From: Klebsiella phage HMGUkp2
Sequence record: PV683292.1
Strand: one strand, 5' to 3'
DNA: 64,000 bases
The notes beneath the pieces were generated by a model. That model saw nothing but the letters and a program-made list of their open reading frames with translations. It was not told the origin of the DNA and searched no databases. How positions within the stretch are numbered: the first letter of the stretch is position 1; every line of letters starts with the position of its first letter. The translations under genes were made by a program, and so were the position numbers. Shown piece after piece: positions 50,681 through 60,047 of this stretch.

Positions 50681-51484
50681 TTAATCATCTAAGAACCCAT
50701 CGTCAAAAGGAGAAGATTTAGGTGGAGCATAATTTCCTCTTCCGTTATTGACATAGAAAGGTTCTACATATTGGGCCGCTTCAGCATTAATCTCTTCTGT
50801 TTCAGCGTACTGATCATTGTTGATATCAGCTAATCCATCAATATTTTTAATAGGCTGAAGATCGAGTTCACTGAACTCAGGAATATTGATACCTTCATTA
50901 CGCTGTAGTTCAGGCTGCATTTCTTCACCAGAATAGACATATTTCTGAGCAGTTATTTTACGCATGGCATTTTGACCTACTTGATAAAACGGGTCGTAAG
51001 GTTCTACCCAGGTTATTTCAAATAGGCTATTATCCATCGGAAAATAAACCAGGTCGCCTGCGATAGGTTCTTTTCCGCCAGCTTGATGCTTAAACAACCT
51101 TGGATTAATAGTGAATGTAACTTCGTCATTAACGGACATACCGAACTTACTAAAGAACGTATTGTCACCTGAATACCCGTCAAAACTATTTAAATAAGCA
51201 GCAAACATCCAAGCCTTATTAAAGCTTGATTGTGGGTCTTCTCCAAATAGAAGATCTGGATTGTTAAACTGGCGTGGCAGATAATAAAGCTCTATTCCAC
51301 GCATCTGAATACTCTCGGCTACTAGTACATCAGCTAGAGTTTGGGTGTTAGTATACTTGTTGAAGTTAACAAATGGGTTCAAAATCTCAGTTTCATTGGT
51401 CCTAGCATAGCCAGAACGGTCTTCGAGCTTAGCAAATAGATTTGAATTATAAGTGCTCATTATTACCCCAGCAAAATAGGACAT
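50681..51484 (-). CDS. 14: neck protein
   Basis: 267 aa (T4 256); synteny. Confidence 0.8.
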   Translation of the reverse strand: MSYFAGVIMSTYNSNLFAKLEDRSGYARTNETEILNPFVNFNKYTNTQTLADVLVAESIQMRGIELYYLPRQFNNPDLLFGEDPQSSFNKAWMFAAYLNSFDGYSGDNTFFSKFGMSVNDEVTFTINPRLFKHQAGGKEPIAGDLVYFPMDNSLFEITWVEPYDPFYQVGQNAMRKITAQKYVYSGEEMQPELQRNEGINIPEFSELDLQPIKNIDGLADINNDQYAETEEINAEAAQYVEPFYVNNGRGNYAPPKSSPFDDGFLDD

Positions 51485-52407
51485 CCAGGATCAAGCAGAT
51501 CAAGCTCGGTGCGTAAAGCTTCTTTTTCTATACGAGCTTCTTCGATTAAACGAGTCCCGTCAACAGTTACACCACCCGGAAGCATCATGCCTTGGTGTTT
51601 GGCTAAAATCTGTCCATTAAGTTCTTTAGCTAAACAGTGGGCATAATCTTTTACCCAACGATTATTATAGGCACCTTCACGGTTCTGGTTCTGTTCACCA
51701 GCAAATTGGCCTGTGATTCCTTTATTAGGATTGTCATATACTTCACCAAGGCCCCATTGGTTAGCGTTATTAGAACCAGCGTAACCGTACCCGGCAGTAT
51801 TACCTACAGCCCAATCTACGTTGTTATAAGATTTAGTCCATACCTCACAAACGATTATATCACCCTTCATAAAGTTACCCATTATTTTGAGCAACTCCGT
51901 ATCAGAGTTATACCAGTAGTCCGGAAGTGGAGATAAAAGGTCCTGCATCATCGACCAGTAAGTCATCAGCTGTGTAAAATACCCGAGGTCAGCTCCGAAC
52001 GCATTAGGCCCGTATCCTTTTTGACAAGATGAACCCATACCACCATTGATGCCAGCCATACCCATAAGAAAGTCTGTAAACCAAGGGTAAGTAGTATTTC
52101 CGTCCATTGAAGTAATCGAGCCAACATTAGTACGTACTATCTGAGAAATAGCAAATATATTACGGCCTTGGAGATTAAACACCCCATTCAAGAACTGGGC
52201 GTTATCCGATTCTTCCGTGCCAATGTAGAAAACCTGATATCCTTTGTTCAGACCGTTAAAATGGTATTCACCGTAGAGCTCTAGAGCTCGCTGGATACAA
52301 TCATATATTTGGTCAGTAGTTAATTCAACATTTACGATTGGTGCGCCCATGCGACGCAAGATAAGGTCCTTCAGTTCAGAAGGATTATTAGCAACTTGTC
52401 CGGCCAT
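51463..52407 (-). CDS. 13: neck protein
   Basis: 314 aa (T4 309); late promoter 52431-52438 upstream; synteny. Confidence 0.8.
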   Translation of the reverse strand: MAGQVANNPSELKDLILRRMGAPIVNVELTTDQIYDCIQRALELYGEYHFNGLNKGYQVFYIGTEESDNAQFLNGVFNLQGRNIFAISQIVRTNVGSITSMDGNTTYPWFTDFLMGMAGINGGMGSSCQKGYGPNAFGADLGYFTQLMTYWSMMQDLLSPLPDYWYNSDTELLKIMGNFMKGDIIVCEVWTKSYNNVDWAVGNTAGYGYAGSNNANQWGLGEVYDNPNKGITGQFAGEQNQNREGAYNNRWVKDYAHCLAKELNGQILAKHQGMMLPGGVTVDGTRLIEEARIEKEALRTELDLLDPGCPILLG

Positions 52408-52430
52408 AAAAAGTCCTCATATAATAACTA

Positions 52431-52438
52431 TATTTATA
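52431..52438 (-). promoter_or_regulatory. late promoter TATAAATA for gene 13
   Basis: 23 nt upstream of gp13 ATG, just downstream of wac terminator. Confidence 0.65.
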
Positions 52439-52439
52439 C

Positions 52440-52463
52440 AAAAATGGGAGACCGAAGTCTCCC
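52440..52463 (-). terminator. terminator after wac: GGGAGAC-UUCG-GUCUCCC + AUUUUUGU
   Basis: seen in sequence; followed by gene 13 late promoter. Confidence 0.75.
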
Positions 52464-52468
52464 TAATT

Positions 52469-54235
52469 TTAGCGCGCTGGAACTACAGTAATATCAACAG
52501 CTTCTACATTTAAAACAACTTGAGAAGCCGGTTCAACAGCTTTAATAGCCATTCGTAAACGATCCGTTTCTTCTAACAGTCCAAGCCAATCAAAGCTAAC
52601 AACTTGGTAACCTGCTACAGTTTTAACACCTACAGAGTTAACATCCACAGAAACGTCATCAACATAAAACACTAAGTCAAGAACTTTATCTGCATGGGCT
52701 TTTTCGATAATAACCGAAGCTGATACACTATAAATTGCAGTGTCGTCGATAACGATTTCGCTATTAATAACGCGAATCTGATTATTAAAATCAGCCGCTA
52801 CAAGACCAGGACCGAACGAATATTCAAAATCATCGCCGGTTAAATCTGCCTGAAGGTCTTTACCTTTAAATGAACCCATCGCCATGGATTTTTTGATCCA
52901 TTGGTCTTTTGTACGGAGATAAGCATTCAGGTCAGTTACATCCTGCACATAATTTGAATTTATCTTTTTAACAGACTCTAAAAGACCACTCTTTTCAATA
53001 GGGTCTGCAGCGCTAGAATTACCGTAAACAGTTTTACGAACTTCATTTAATTGGCCTGTGATACCGTTAGTACCATTACCCAGTTCAGCCTGAATATCTT
53101 GAATAGATGATTGCTGTTGAGACTGGACACCGATAACTTCAGTCAAACGACCTTCAATAGAACTAGGATCAGGAGTTTCGCCAGGGCCAACAATGCCTGT
53201 TTTCTGCTGAATCCAAGCTATCTGCCCGCGCATGCCAGAAGAAGCATCTTCGCCAACAACAGTCTTAATTTCGTCTTGGGTAGTTTGAATCGCATCTAAT
53301 CTACCTAAAATGCTGTACGGTTCTGAAGCTGATCCGATTTTTACTTCAATGGCACCTACTTTATCAACAAGACCGGTTCCAGCTGAATTAACGGTAGCAT
53401 CAATAGATAGAGTACGTGATTCTAAATTAGATACTCTAGAAGAAATTGTTTCAGGACCTGTTAAATTAATGGCGGCAGAAATATTTTCCTGCGTGGTTTT
53501 AAGAAGACCAATATCGTTGTCAGCCTTAATTATTCTGCTGTAAATGGAAGTCCCATTCGCTAAGGTTTTAGGACCTATTTCAGTACGAATTTCATCAATT
53601 CTGCCTGATAAAGCACCTACATCAGAATCGATAAAATTGTCTTCAAGATCTTGGACTCTAGCAGTAACTTTAGAAATGGCGTCACTGTTAGAAATGATAC
53701 GGAGTTTCATGCCGGAACCAGGAGAATTTAAATCAACTTCACCGTTTTTATTCTGTCCGGGATAAGAACCCATTTCATCTTTGATGAATACAATATCTCC
53801 GCGTATAGTACGGTGTTTAGGATCTAAGTTCGGATTATACACTCCGACTTCAGCCGTTAATTTTATCGAAGATTCTTTTAAAGAAGCTATTTCTTGCTCG
53901 TGAAGATCTAGCTCAGAATTAACCAGTACAATGTCATCACGGTTTTTATAAACCTGAGTTACTGCATCAACATCAGTGGTAATTTCTAAAGATTCTTTAA
54001 TAGATTCAATTTCAGAGCTGTTTTTGTTTACTTGCTCTACAGTTCGTTCTACTTCACGGTGAACGAATTCGATGTTCTCTTGGAGTTGAACGCCGACTCG
54101 GTTAAGTTCGCCTTCATGTCCGTAACGAGTAGAAGCCGCATTAAGCGGCTCTCCATTTTTAATCCAGGCAATTCGTTTTTGAGACTCGCCTGGGTCTTTA
54201 GTTACATTGGGTAAAGTTTCAAGCTTGATAATCAT
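52469..54235 (-). CDS. wac: fibritin (neck whiskers), N-terminal domain T4-like, C-terminal domain different from T4 foldon
   Basis: 588 aa; N-terminus (G.SQ.RI.WIKNGE.L.A.T.YG.EG..NR) matches T4 Wac; central coiled-coil heptads; C-terminal ~150 aa without [21 protein letters not shown] foldon motif. Confidence 0.75.
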   Translation of the reverse strand: MIIKLETLPNVTKDPGESQKRIAWIKNGEPLNAASTRYGHEGELNRVGVQLQENIEFVHREVERTVEQVNKNSSEIESIKESLEITTDVDAVTQVYKNRDDIVLVNSELDLHEQEIASLKESSIKLTAEVGVYNPNLDPKHRTIRGDIVFIKDEMGSYPGQNKNGEVDLNSPGSGMKLRIISNSDAISKVTARVQDLEDNFIDSDVGALSGRIDEIRTEIGPKTLANGTSIYSRIIKADNDIGLLKTTQENISAAINLTGPETISSRVSNLESRTLSIDATVNSAGTGLVDKVGAIEVKIGSASEPYSILGRLDAIQTTQDEIKTVVGEDASSGMRGQIAWIQQKTGIVGPGETPDPSSIEGRLTEVIGVQSQQQSSIQDIQAELGNGTNGITGQLNEVRKTVYGNSSAADPIEKSGLLESVKKINSNYVQDVTDLNAYLRTKDQWIKKSMAMGSFKGKDLQADLTGDDFEYSFGPGLVAADFNNQIRVINSEIVIDDTAIYSVSASVIIEKAHADKVLDLVFYVDDVSVDVNSVGVKTVAGYQVVSFDWLGLLEETDRLRMAIKAVEPASQVVLNVEAVDITVVPAR

Positions 54236-54244
54236 TAAGAATCC

Positions 54245-55600
54245 TTAATTTGTGCAGAATGTGGCCAATACGTCTACATGTAAAACTCGGTGCCATTGAA
54301 CAGGTTCAAGGTCAACTCTAGCTCCTGGAGGAATATTGCCGAACCGGAAATTACCCGACGCATACGCCTCGAATCTCCAGGAATGACCATTTCTTCCGCC
54401 TTTAGTATTTTCTATATTTAATGTAAGTATTCCGCCTTGTCTTTGCCCATTAACGCGAACATAGAACTGGAAAATACGGTTATCACCGCCGTCGTTGTTT
54501 CTTTCAAATTTACAAACAACGTTCATACCTACAGTAGAAAAGCCTTCCCACGGACTTTGACAATACCAAGTATCAGGACTACCATTATTTCCTCTGTAGT
54601 TAAGATATGTGGCTCCTTCAATGCGAGTAATATTACCAACCATCCTGTCTTTAGGCATAAAGCGGTTATCAGCTTCACCTTTAGACCAAGCATTTACGTC
54701 CCCGGCACTTAAAGTAATATTTCCGGATAAAGGCTTACCATTTACAGTAGTTGTTTTAAACACGACGGCATCAGCTCTTGCGGCAGTTTGCCCGGACTGA
54801 GGAACACCGGATAGCTGGACTAACCCGTATTGGGATGTAGAACCGCGCAAGGCCATCAATTGCTTAGGAGAAACTGCTACAGAATCTAAAGTCCCGGCGG
54901 CTGTTTCAGATGCAGTAGATAAACGAATAACACCAAATTTAGATTCAGATGCTTTAGCACCAAGCAACCCTTTAGGTGATATAGCGTATCCATCTCCTAA
55001 AGTCCCTTGTTGAATTTGAGCACTAGTAGCTAATTTAACTAATCCTAAATTAGTTTCTGTAGCCATTGTATATGAAGGAGGATTGGCCGAATGGGCCGCA
55101 ATCATTTCTACAACTCGCTTCGGAGTCACCGCTGTAGTATCATCGGTACCAGCTTGTCCCATATCATAAGTGGCCCGCTTAATAGTACCAAATCTAGTTT
55201 CAGTAGCCGTTACATTAGTAAAAACATGGCCTAATGCAGAAGGAACTATAGCGGCATTACCGATAGCGAATCCAGCCGCTTCAGCATTAGTAGCATATCT
55301 GGTTAAGCCTTTTACTGTGGTCGTTGCATCTGGTCTGGTGATAACAGATTTTAATGTGGCCGGGCTAACAAATTTATTTGTTACTGTGCCAGCATCTACT
55401 TCAGTTTGAGTAGCTATAGCCACAATACCTGGAGTTGTAGGAGTTGCTACAGGTAAACCTACGTCAGTACGAGACCAGTCGCCGATCATTGATAATGCTT
55501 TTTGGACATTATCTACAGAAGTCGGCCAATCTGTATTAGCCGGCTTAAAAATTGTGTATTCAGCTAAGTCACTATAGTGCTGAAAGTTATTTTGAGCCAT
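54245..55600 (-). CDS. 12: short tail fiber protein
   Basis: 451 aa; repeated T..GVV.LAT / AI.PATL modules and N-terminus (N..QH.S.....V.F.P.DT) like T4 gp12. Confidence 0.85.
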   Translation of the reverse strand: MAQNNFQHYSDLAEYTIFKPANTDWPTSVDNVQKALSMIGDWSRTDVGLPVATPTTPGIVAIATQTEVDAGTVTNKFVSPATLKSVITRPDATTTVKGLTRYATNAEAAGFAIGNAAIVPSALGHVFTNVTATETRFGTIKRATYDMGQAGTDDTTAVTPKRVVEMIAAHSANPPSYTMATETNLGLVKLATSAQIQQGTLGDGYAISPKGLLGAKASESKFGVIRLSTASETAAGTLDSVAVSPKQLMALRGSTSQYGLVQLSGVPQSGQTAARADAVVFKTTTVNGKPLSGNITLSAGDVNAWSKGEADNRFMPKDRMVGNITRIEGATYLNYRGNNGSPDTWYCQSPWEGFSTVGMNVVCKFERNNDGGDNRIFQFYVRVNGQRQGGILTLNIENTKGGRNGHSWRFEAYASGNFRFGNIPPGARVDLEPVQWHRVLHVDVLATFCTN

Positions 55601-56253
55601 TACGAGATCCTCTGGAAATAATGGAAGCGAACAGTATTACTAGCAAATACTTTATCTTCGCTACCTAAAAAGTTCCAACTTCCGTAACCTTGTTTAGCAG
55701 GAGACAAAACACTAAAGTTAACTGTAATACCGTTCCATTTAAAAGTTTCGAAAGTATGGTTCTGGTAATCCAGGTGAGTAATATCTACGATATTCTGGGT
55801 AGAAGCAGAGCTAAAAACTGCTGCAATAGCAACCTTATCAGCAACCATAGACTCAAGGATGTTGAGCCATTTAGCAGCAGCTATCTCGGCAGTATCACCG
55901 TTTTTAAGTTTAACGGCAACACCTAGAATCTCAACTATTTCTTCAGAGGTTTCGTCTTCTAATTTGACAACGCCTGAAAAAACGGCTCGAGTGATCTGTT
56001 GTGTTTTTCCTGGACTAATACCTGTTACATTAGTAACAACTTCTCCGACATCGCTAGGGATCATCGCACGGACATCATCTATTGCTGCCTGGATATTAGG
56101 ATACCAAACGCCGTGTTGTGTTTGTTTTAGTGTGACCGACCCATAAGGAACTTGATCACCTACAGAAATATCTTCAGGATCTAATTCAAACTGAAGATAG
56201 TTAGCTTCTCTTGAAGGGACCTTAGCCCCTTCACGTGTTTTAGTAAAAATCAT
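55600..56253 (-). CDS. 11: baseplate wedge / short tail fiber attachment protein
   Basis: 217 aa (T4 219); synteny. Confidence 0.8.
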   Translation of the reverse strand: MIFTKTREGAKVPSREANYLQFELDPEDISVGDQVPYGSVTLKQTQHGVWYPNIQAAIDDVRAMIPSDVGEVVTNVTGISPGKTQQITRAVFSGVVKLEDETSEEIVEILGVAVKLKNGDTAEIAAAKWLNILESMVADKVAIAAVFSSASTQNIVDITHLDYQNHTFETFKWNGITVNFSVLSPAKQGYGSWNFLGSEDKVFASNTVRFHYFQRIS

Positions 56254-58064
56254 TATGCCACCCTTATCCAGCGATAGACAGTTATAGAAGGTTGAACGTT
56301 AGAAATAGGTAAGCCACCAGCGCCTTTGTTTACGGTGATAGAACCTTCTCTATATTTGGAATACCCAGGACCAGATGCATCAGGATCTAATTGGCACCCG
56401 CCGATAACTACGGTACCATTATCATCAGCAATAAGAACCGTATCATCAGATTTAAGTTCGGGGATGTTATTTGCTGAAATCTGGAATTCAACTTCGCCGA
56501 CCGTGCCTCCAGCGCTATGAGACGGCCTACCTGAACTGTCTAGGTCATTATTATTTAATGCAAAGTAAGGATTACTTATATCAGAAGCCCACCCTACAGA
56601 TGCATGGCCTTCACCGTACATCTTCCATACACCCATACCCATGTAATCTCGAGGATTAGCCGGGTTATGAGCATTTTCATAAATTGTTCCTATAGGATAA
56701 ATTGAGTCAAAAAATGCTGAGATGTTAGATAACCGAACATCGTACTCATTAGGCACATCAACTTTAGTTTTTTGGCTCGGGTTCTGATAATCAGTGTATT
56801 CGATTCTGTTTTTAAGGTCTACTGTTTCTTCGGCATTCATATAAATCAGATCTGTCTCAGAAACAATATCATCCATGGACATCGTGGTCCCGATGTTGTT
56901 ATTATACCAACGGACAGTAATGATATCCTGGTCTTCAAACGGTTGACCGAATCTAATACCAGAAACTTTAATCCCGTCACTATCAAATATCAAACGATAA
57001 TCGGAGTCCGATTGGACCCAAGTCCCACCATTAGCTATACAATCTTGTAAAGATTCACCAGGGGCACCTTCACAAATAAACTCCGGAAGACCACCTGTCC
57101 CTGCTTCAACCTGGCTTTTACCGTTTATTTCTACCTCGATAGAATTTGGATTCATGTCTATACCAGGAAGAACACCTAAATCTGCGACGCTAAGTTCACG
57201 CAGGGTACTCAAGTCGGCTACAATTTTAGAGCCTTGGACTGTTTTCTCAGAGGTAAGTTTGTTACTGCGAACCATAACAGTAACTTTGTTGTATGAGCTA
57301 CGCCATACACCAATACCATCTAAAAAGGTTTCGAAAATAATTACATCGCCTGCAGAACAAGGCTTAACTAACCGAACATCTTTTTTATTCAAAGCCACAA
57401 TAGTATTGTTTGGGCCAGGAGAACCGTAATCTGCATTAACCGGGTCAAATCCATTCTCACCGTAAAACAGCATATTACCACGGCGATAGACATTCAGAGA
57501 TTCTGGATTATATTCTTCACCATCAAAAATGTCTAAGAAGTCAGTTTGGCCTTCAGTGGCAATAATTGATTTCTTAGAAACTGTAGCTAAATCGCCATTA
57601 GTAAATTTTTCAATGGTTTTACCGTTGATGTATTCCCATCTACCAGGAGAGCAATAAACCAGCTCAAGATCTTGATAGTTAGTATTAAAGGTCTTAGGAG
57701 ATGCAGAGCCTTTAATAGTATCGCCTGAGGCAGGAACCACAGTCACAGGGGACAACCGCCAGGTAGACCATACATCACGTAGACGAATAACGCTGTTGTA
57801 GTCCGAAGGTTTACCTTTAGGAAGATAAACTGTTACACGAGCCGCCTGTGTATTAATCGCGAAACTATCACCCATTTTAGGGTCAAGTCGAATAGAAGTA
57901 GCTGCTGAGTGGGTTTTCCAAGCACCAGCAGCGTGAGGATAAGTACCATCGCCTAATTGATAGTACAGTTCGTCAAAGTTGTTATTAATCTTTTGGCCAC
58001 CAAGGCGGAGATAATCTCCGCTGCCGTCGTCGACTACTTGGCCAATATTTAAATTTTGTTTCAT
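56253..58064 (-). CDS. 10: baseplate wedge protein
   Basis: 603 aa (T4 602); synteny. Confidence 0.8.
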   Translation of the reverse strand: MKQNLNIGQVVDDGSGDYLRLGGQKINNNFDELYYQLGDGTYPHAAGAWKTHSAATSIRLDPKMGDSFAINTQAARVTVYLPKGKPSDYNSVIRLRDVWSTWRLSPVTVVPASGDTIKGSASPKTFNTNYQDLELVYCSPGRWEYINGKTIEKFTNGDLATVSKKSIIATEGQTDFLDIFDGEEYNPESLNVYRRGNMLFYGENGFDPVNADYGSPGPNNTIVALNKKDVRLVKPCSAGDVIIFETFLDGIGVWRSSYNKVTVMVRSNKLTSEKTVQGSKIVADLSTLRELSVADLGVLPGIDMNPNSIEVEINGKSQVEAGTGGLPEFICEGAPGESLQDCIANGGTWVQSDSDYRLIFDSDGIKVSGIRFGQPFEDQDIITVRWYNNNIGTTMSMDDIVSETDLIYMNAEETVDLKNRIEYTDYQNPSQKTKVDVPNEYDVRLSNISAFFDSIYPIGTIYENAHNPANPRDYMGMGVWKMYGEGHASVGWASDISNPYFALNNNDLDSSGRPSHSAGGTVGEVEFQISANNIPELKSDDTVLIADDNGTVVIGGCQLDPDASGPGYSKYREGSITVNKGAGGLPISNVQPSITVYRWIRVA

Positions 58065-58066
58065 TA

Positions 58067-58951
58067 TTAGATTCCTGTACCGACGGTCTGAGTACCGATA
58101 GATTTAATTGCCAGTCTAGCGTTAGAGTAATTTGATTTCACGGTAAGCACTACTTTACCTGCAGAATTTACTGAATAGGTAGCATCGTAAAAGAATTCAT
58201 CTTCACCTTTTTCACCACCAATTCTTATAACAGCATATTCAGTAGAATAAACCTGGTTCATGCTAGAATCAATTAACAAAAGGGTTTCAGAAGACTGTCT
58301 GATATTTTTACCAGGTGGTGTTGCTACATAACTCATTAGAAGCTTAATAGAGTTAAATTCTCTAACCCCAGCAATAACAATGTCAGTTCCTGTTTGGTTA
58401 ATTGTAAACGTTCTTTCTAAAGGAACGTGCTGCTGGCCAAACATACTTGTAATAGAGTAATCCCAAATACAATTACCTGAGGTATCTTTAGAAATACACC
58501 AGACTTCAACCCTAGTATACGGAGAAACTATTTCAATTTTATTACCGCCTGAAGCGAATCCGTCATTAGCACTAGTTGTTATTGTAAGACTGGTTTCTGC
58601 CGAAATAGAACCGTCAGCATTTACAAAGTAAATAGCTTCACCAACGTTGCCTTTAGCTATAGTAACATTGAGCTTTTGGCCGTTGGTAGAAATGTCGTGA
58701 CAAGTTCCTAAAGCTATTTCACTACTGCTATAATCGGCAAATGACAACTTTTGGTAATATCCGGTTGCATGGATTATCTGGGTGTTTTCGCCATCAGCAG
58801 CCGCAAAAAGCCGTTGGTCGCCGAAAGCATTAAAAATATCTGAGAAGTTGTTGTTTATTTTAACGCCGCCATCGTATAAGATATCGCCTGTTGAGGCGTT
58901 ACCAATCTCACCTACGTTTACGACTTCTTTTGGAATTTGTGTGAATGCCAT
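58067..58951 (-). CDS. 9: baseplate wedge protein / long tail fiber socket
   Basis: Start set at ATG 58951 (MAFTQIPKEV..GEIGNASTGDIL.DGG.KIN..F..I.NAFGDQR matches T4 gp9 MFIQEPKKLIDTGEIGNASTGDILFDGGNKIN); ORF-track start 59005 is a GTG inside the upstream terminator hairpin. Confidence 0.9.
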   Translation of the reverse strand: MAFTQIPKEVVNVGEIGNASTGDILYDGGVKINNNFSDIFNAFGDQRLFAAADGENTQIIHATGYYQKLSFADYSSSEIALGTCHDISTNGQKLNVTIAKGNVGEAIYFVNADGSISAETSLTITTSANDGFASGGNKIEIVSPYTRVEVWCISKDTSGNCIWDYSITSMFGQQHVPLERTFTINQTGTDIVIAGVREFNSIKLLMSYVATPPGKNIRQSSETLLLIDSSMNQVYSTEYAVIRIGGEKGEDEFFYDATYSVNSAGKVVLTVKSNYSNARLAIKSIGTQTVGTGI

Positions 58952-58977
58952 AGTGTACCTCAATATGTTTATAGAGA

Positions 58978-58985
58978 TATTTATA
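58978..58985 (-). promoter_or_regulatory. late promoter TATAAATA for gene 9
   Basis: 26 nt upstream of corrected gp9 ATG, just downstream of gp8 terminator. Confidence 0.65.
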
Positions 58986-58988
58986 AAC

Positions 58989-59012
58989 AAAAATGGGAGC
59001 CTCACGGCTCCC
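58989..59012 (-). terminator. terminator after gene 8: GGGAGCC-GUGA-GGCUCCC + AUUUUUGUUU
   Basis: seen in sequence; same hairpin sequence as 21597-21614; followed by gene 9 late promoter. Confidence 0.75.
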
Positions 59013-59015
59013 TAG

Positions 59016-60047
59016 TTAAAATTCAAAGATAATACTAACTTCTTCAGTTTGGTCCATTGATCTAATGATCGGTTGTCTATTTTCCATATAAATGATTTCA
59101 CCGGACTGTCTAAACAAACTTACCGCCGGATAAGATCCTTTAGTAGCCTTAACATTAGGGTCATTAGGATTCTTTTTAGCTTCTAAAGGATTACTAATTA
59201 CAGAAATCTGTCTAAATCCGGTATTACCCGGTAAACTAAACTCCGGGAAATAGACCGAGTCCAGGAAAGCTTTAAACCGCACGCAGTTGGCTTTAAGGCG
59301 GTAAATGATGTCGTAGTCATATTGTTGCCAGCTGATGTTATTATGATAACCCCAACGTTGAGGGTCCGCAGCCACTTCATCCGGCCATGGAACGACAATA
59401 TATTCATTAGTACAGCGGTTAATAGAAACATCTGGCGGGATCTCATAAAGATATTCCCAATAGTACCCATCTCCTGTATCTATGATACCGTTAGTACCAC
59501 CACTAGTATCTGCTCGGCCGCTAGGAACAATAGTAGAAGTTCTTGAAGGAGACCACTTACCGCCTAGCGCAAGGCATTCATCTTTATTAGACAACTGGCC
59601 TATAGAACACATACCTTCTTTTGGAACATCAACACATTTATAAATTAGCCAACCGGCGCCGACTTCTGTTTTATTATACGGGGCGTTATTAGTAACTACA
59701 ATATCACCAATTAAAAATGTTGAGTTATCGTAACGCGAATCACCCCAATCACGCCTTGGAATAACACAGTCTAGCATGCTTGGGTCAACTTTAACAGCGC
59801 CCATCATATTAGTCCAGACATCAACAACCCCGTCAGTACTATCTGAAGGGTATGGAGGGGCAAATCCTGGCTCGTTTTCATTAGCAGACCATGGAGTAGA
59901 TTTGCCAAAGCTTATATACAATGTATTTTGTTCTGGTCCATCTCCTACGGATTTATAGAACGTGTACATTTTTTCAGTACGAAATTTAGAAGTAATAACA
60001 GCGCGATAAATCGCGCTGTTCACTGATGCTAACGCAGATGTAGACAT
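59016..60047 (-). CDS. 8: baseplate wedge protein
   Basis: 343 aa (T4 334); synteny; followed by terminator 58995-59012. Confidence 0.8.
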   Translation of the reverse strand: MSTSALASVNSAIYRAVITSKFRTEKMYTFYKSVGDGPEQNTLYISFGKSTPWSANENEPGFAPPYPSDSTDGVVDVWTNMMGAVKVDPSMLDCVIPRRDWGDSRYDNSTFLIGDIVVTNNAPYNKTEVGAGWLIYKCVDVPKEGMCSIGQLSNKDECLALGGKWSPSRTSTIVPSGRADTSGGTNGIIDTGDGYYWEYLYEIPPDVSINRCTNEYIVVPWPDEVAADPQRWGYHNNISWQQYDYDIIYRLKANCVRFKAFLDSVYFPEFSLPGNTGFRQISVISNPLEAKKNPNDPNVKATKGSYPAVSLFRQSGEIIYMENRQPIIRSMDQTEEVSIIFEF

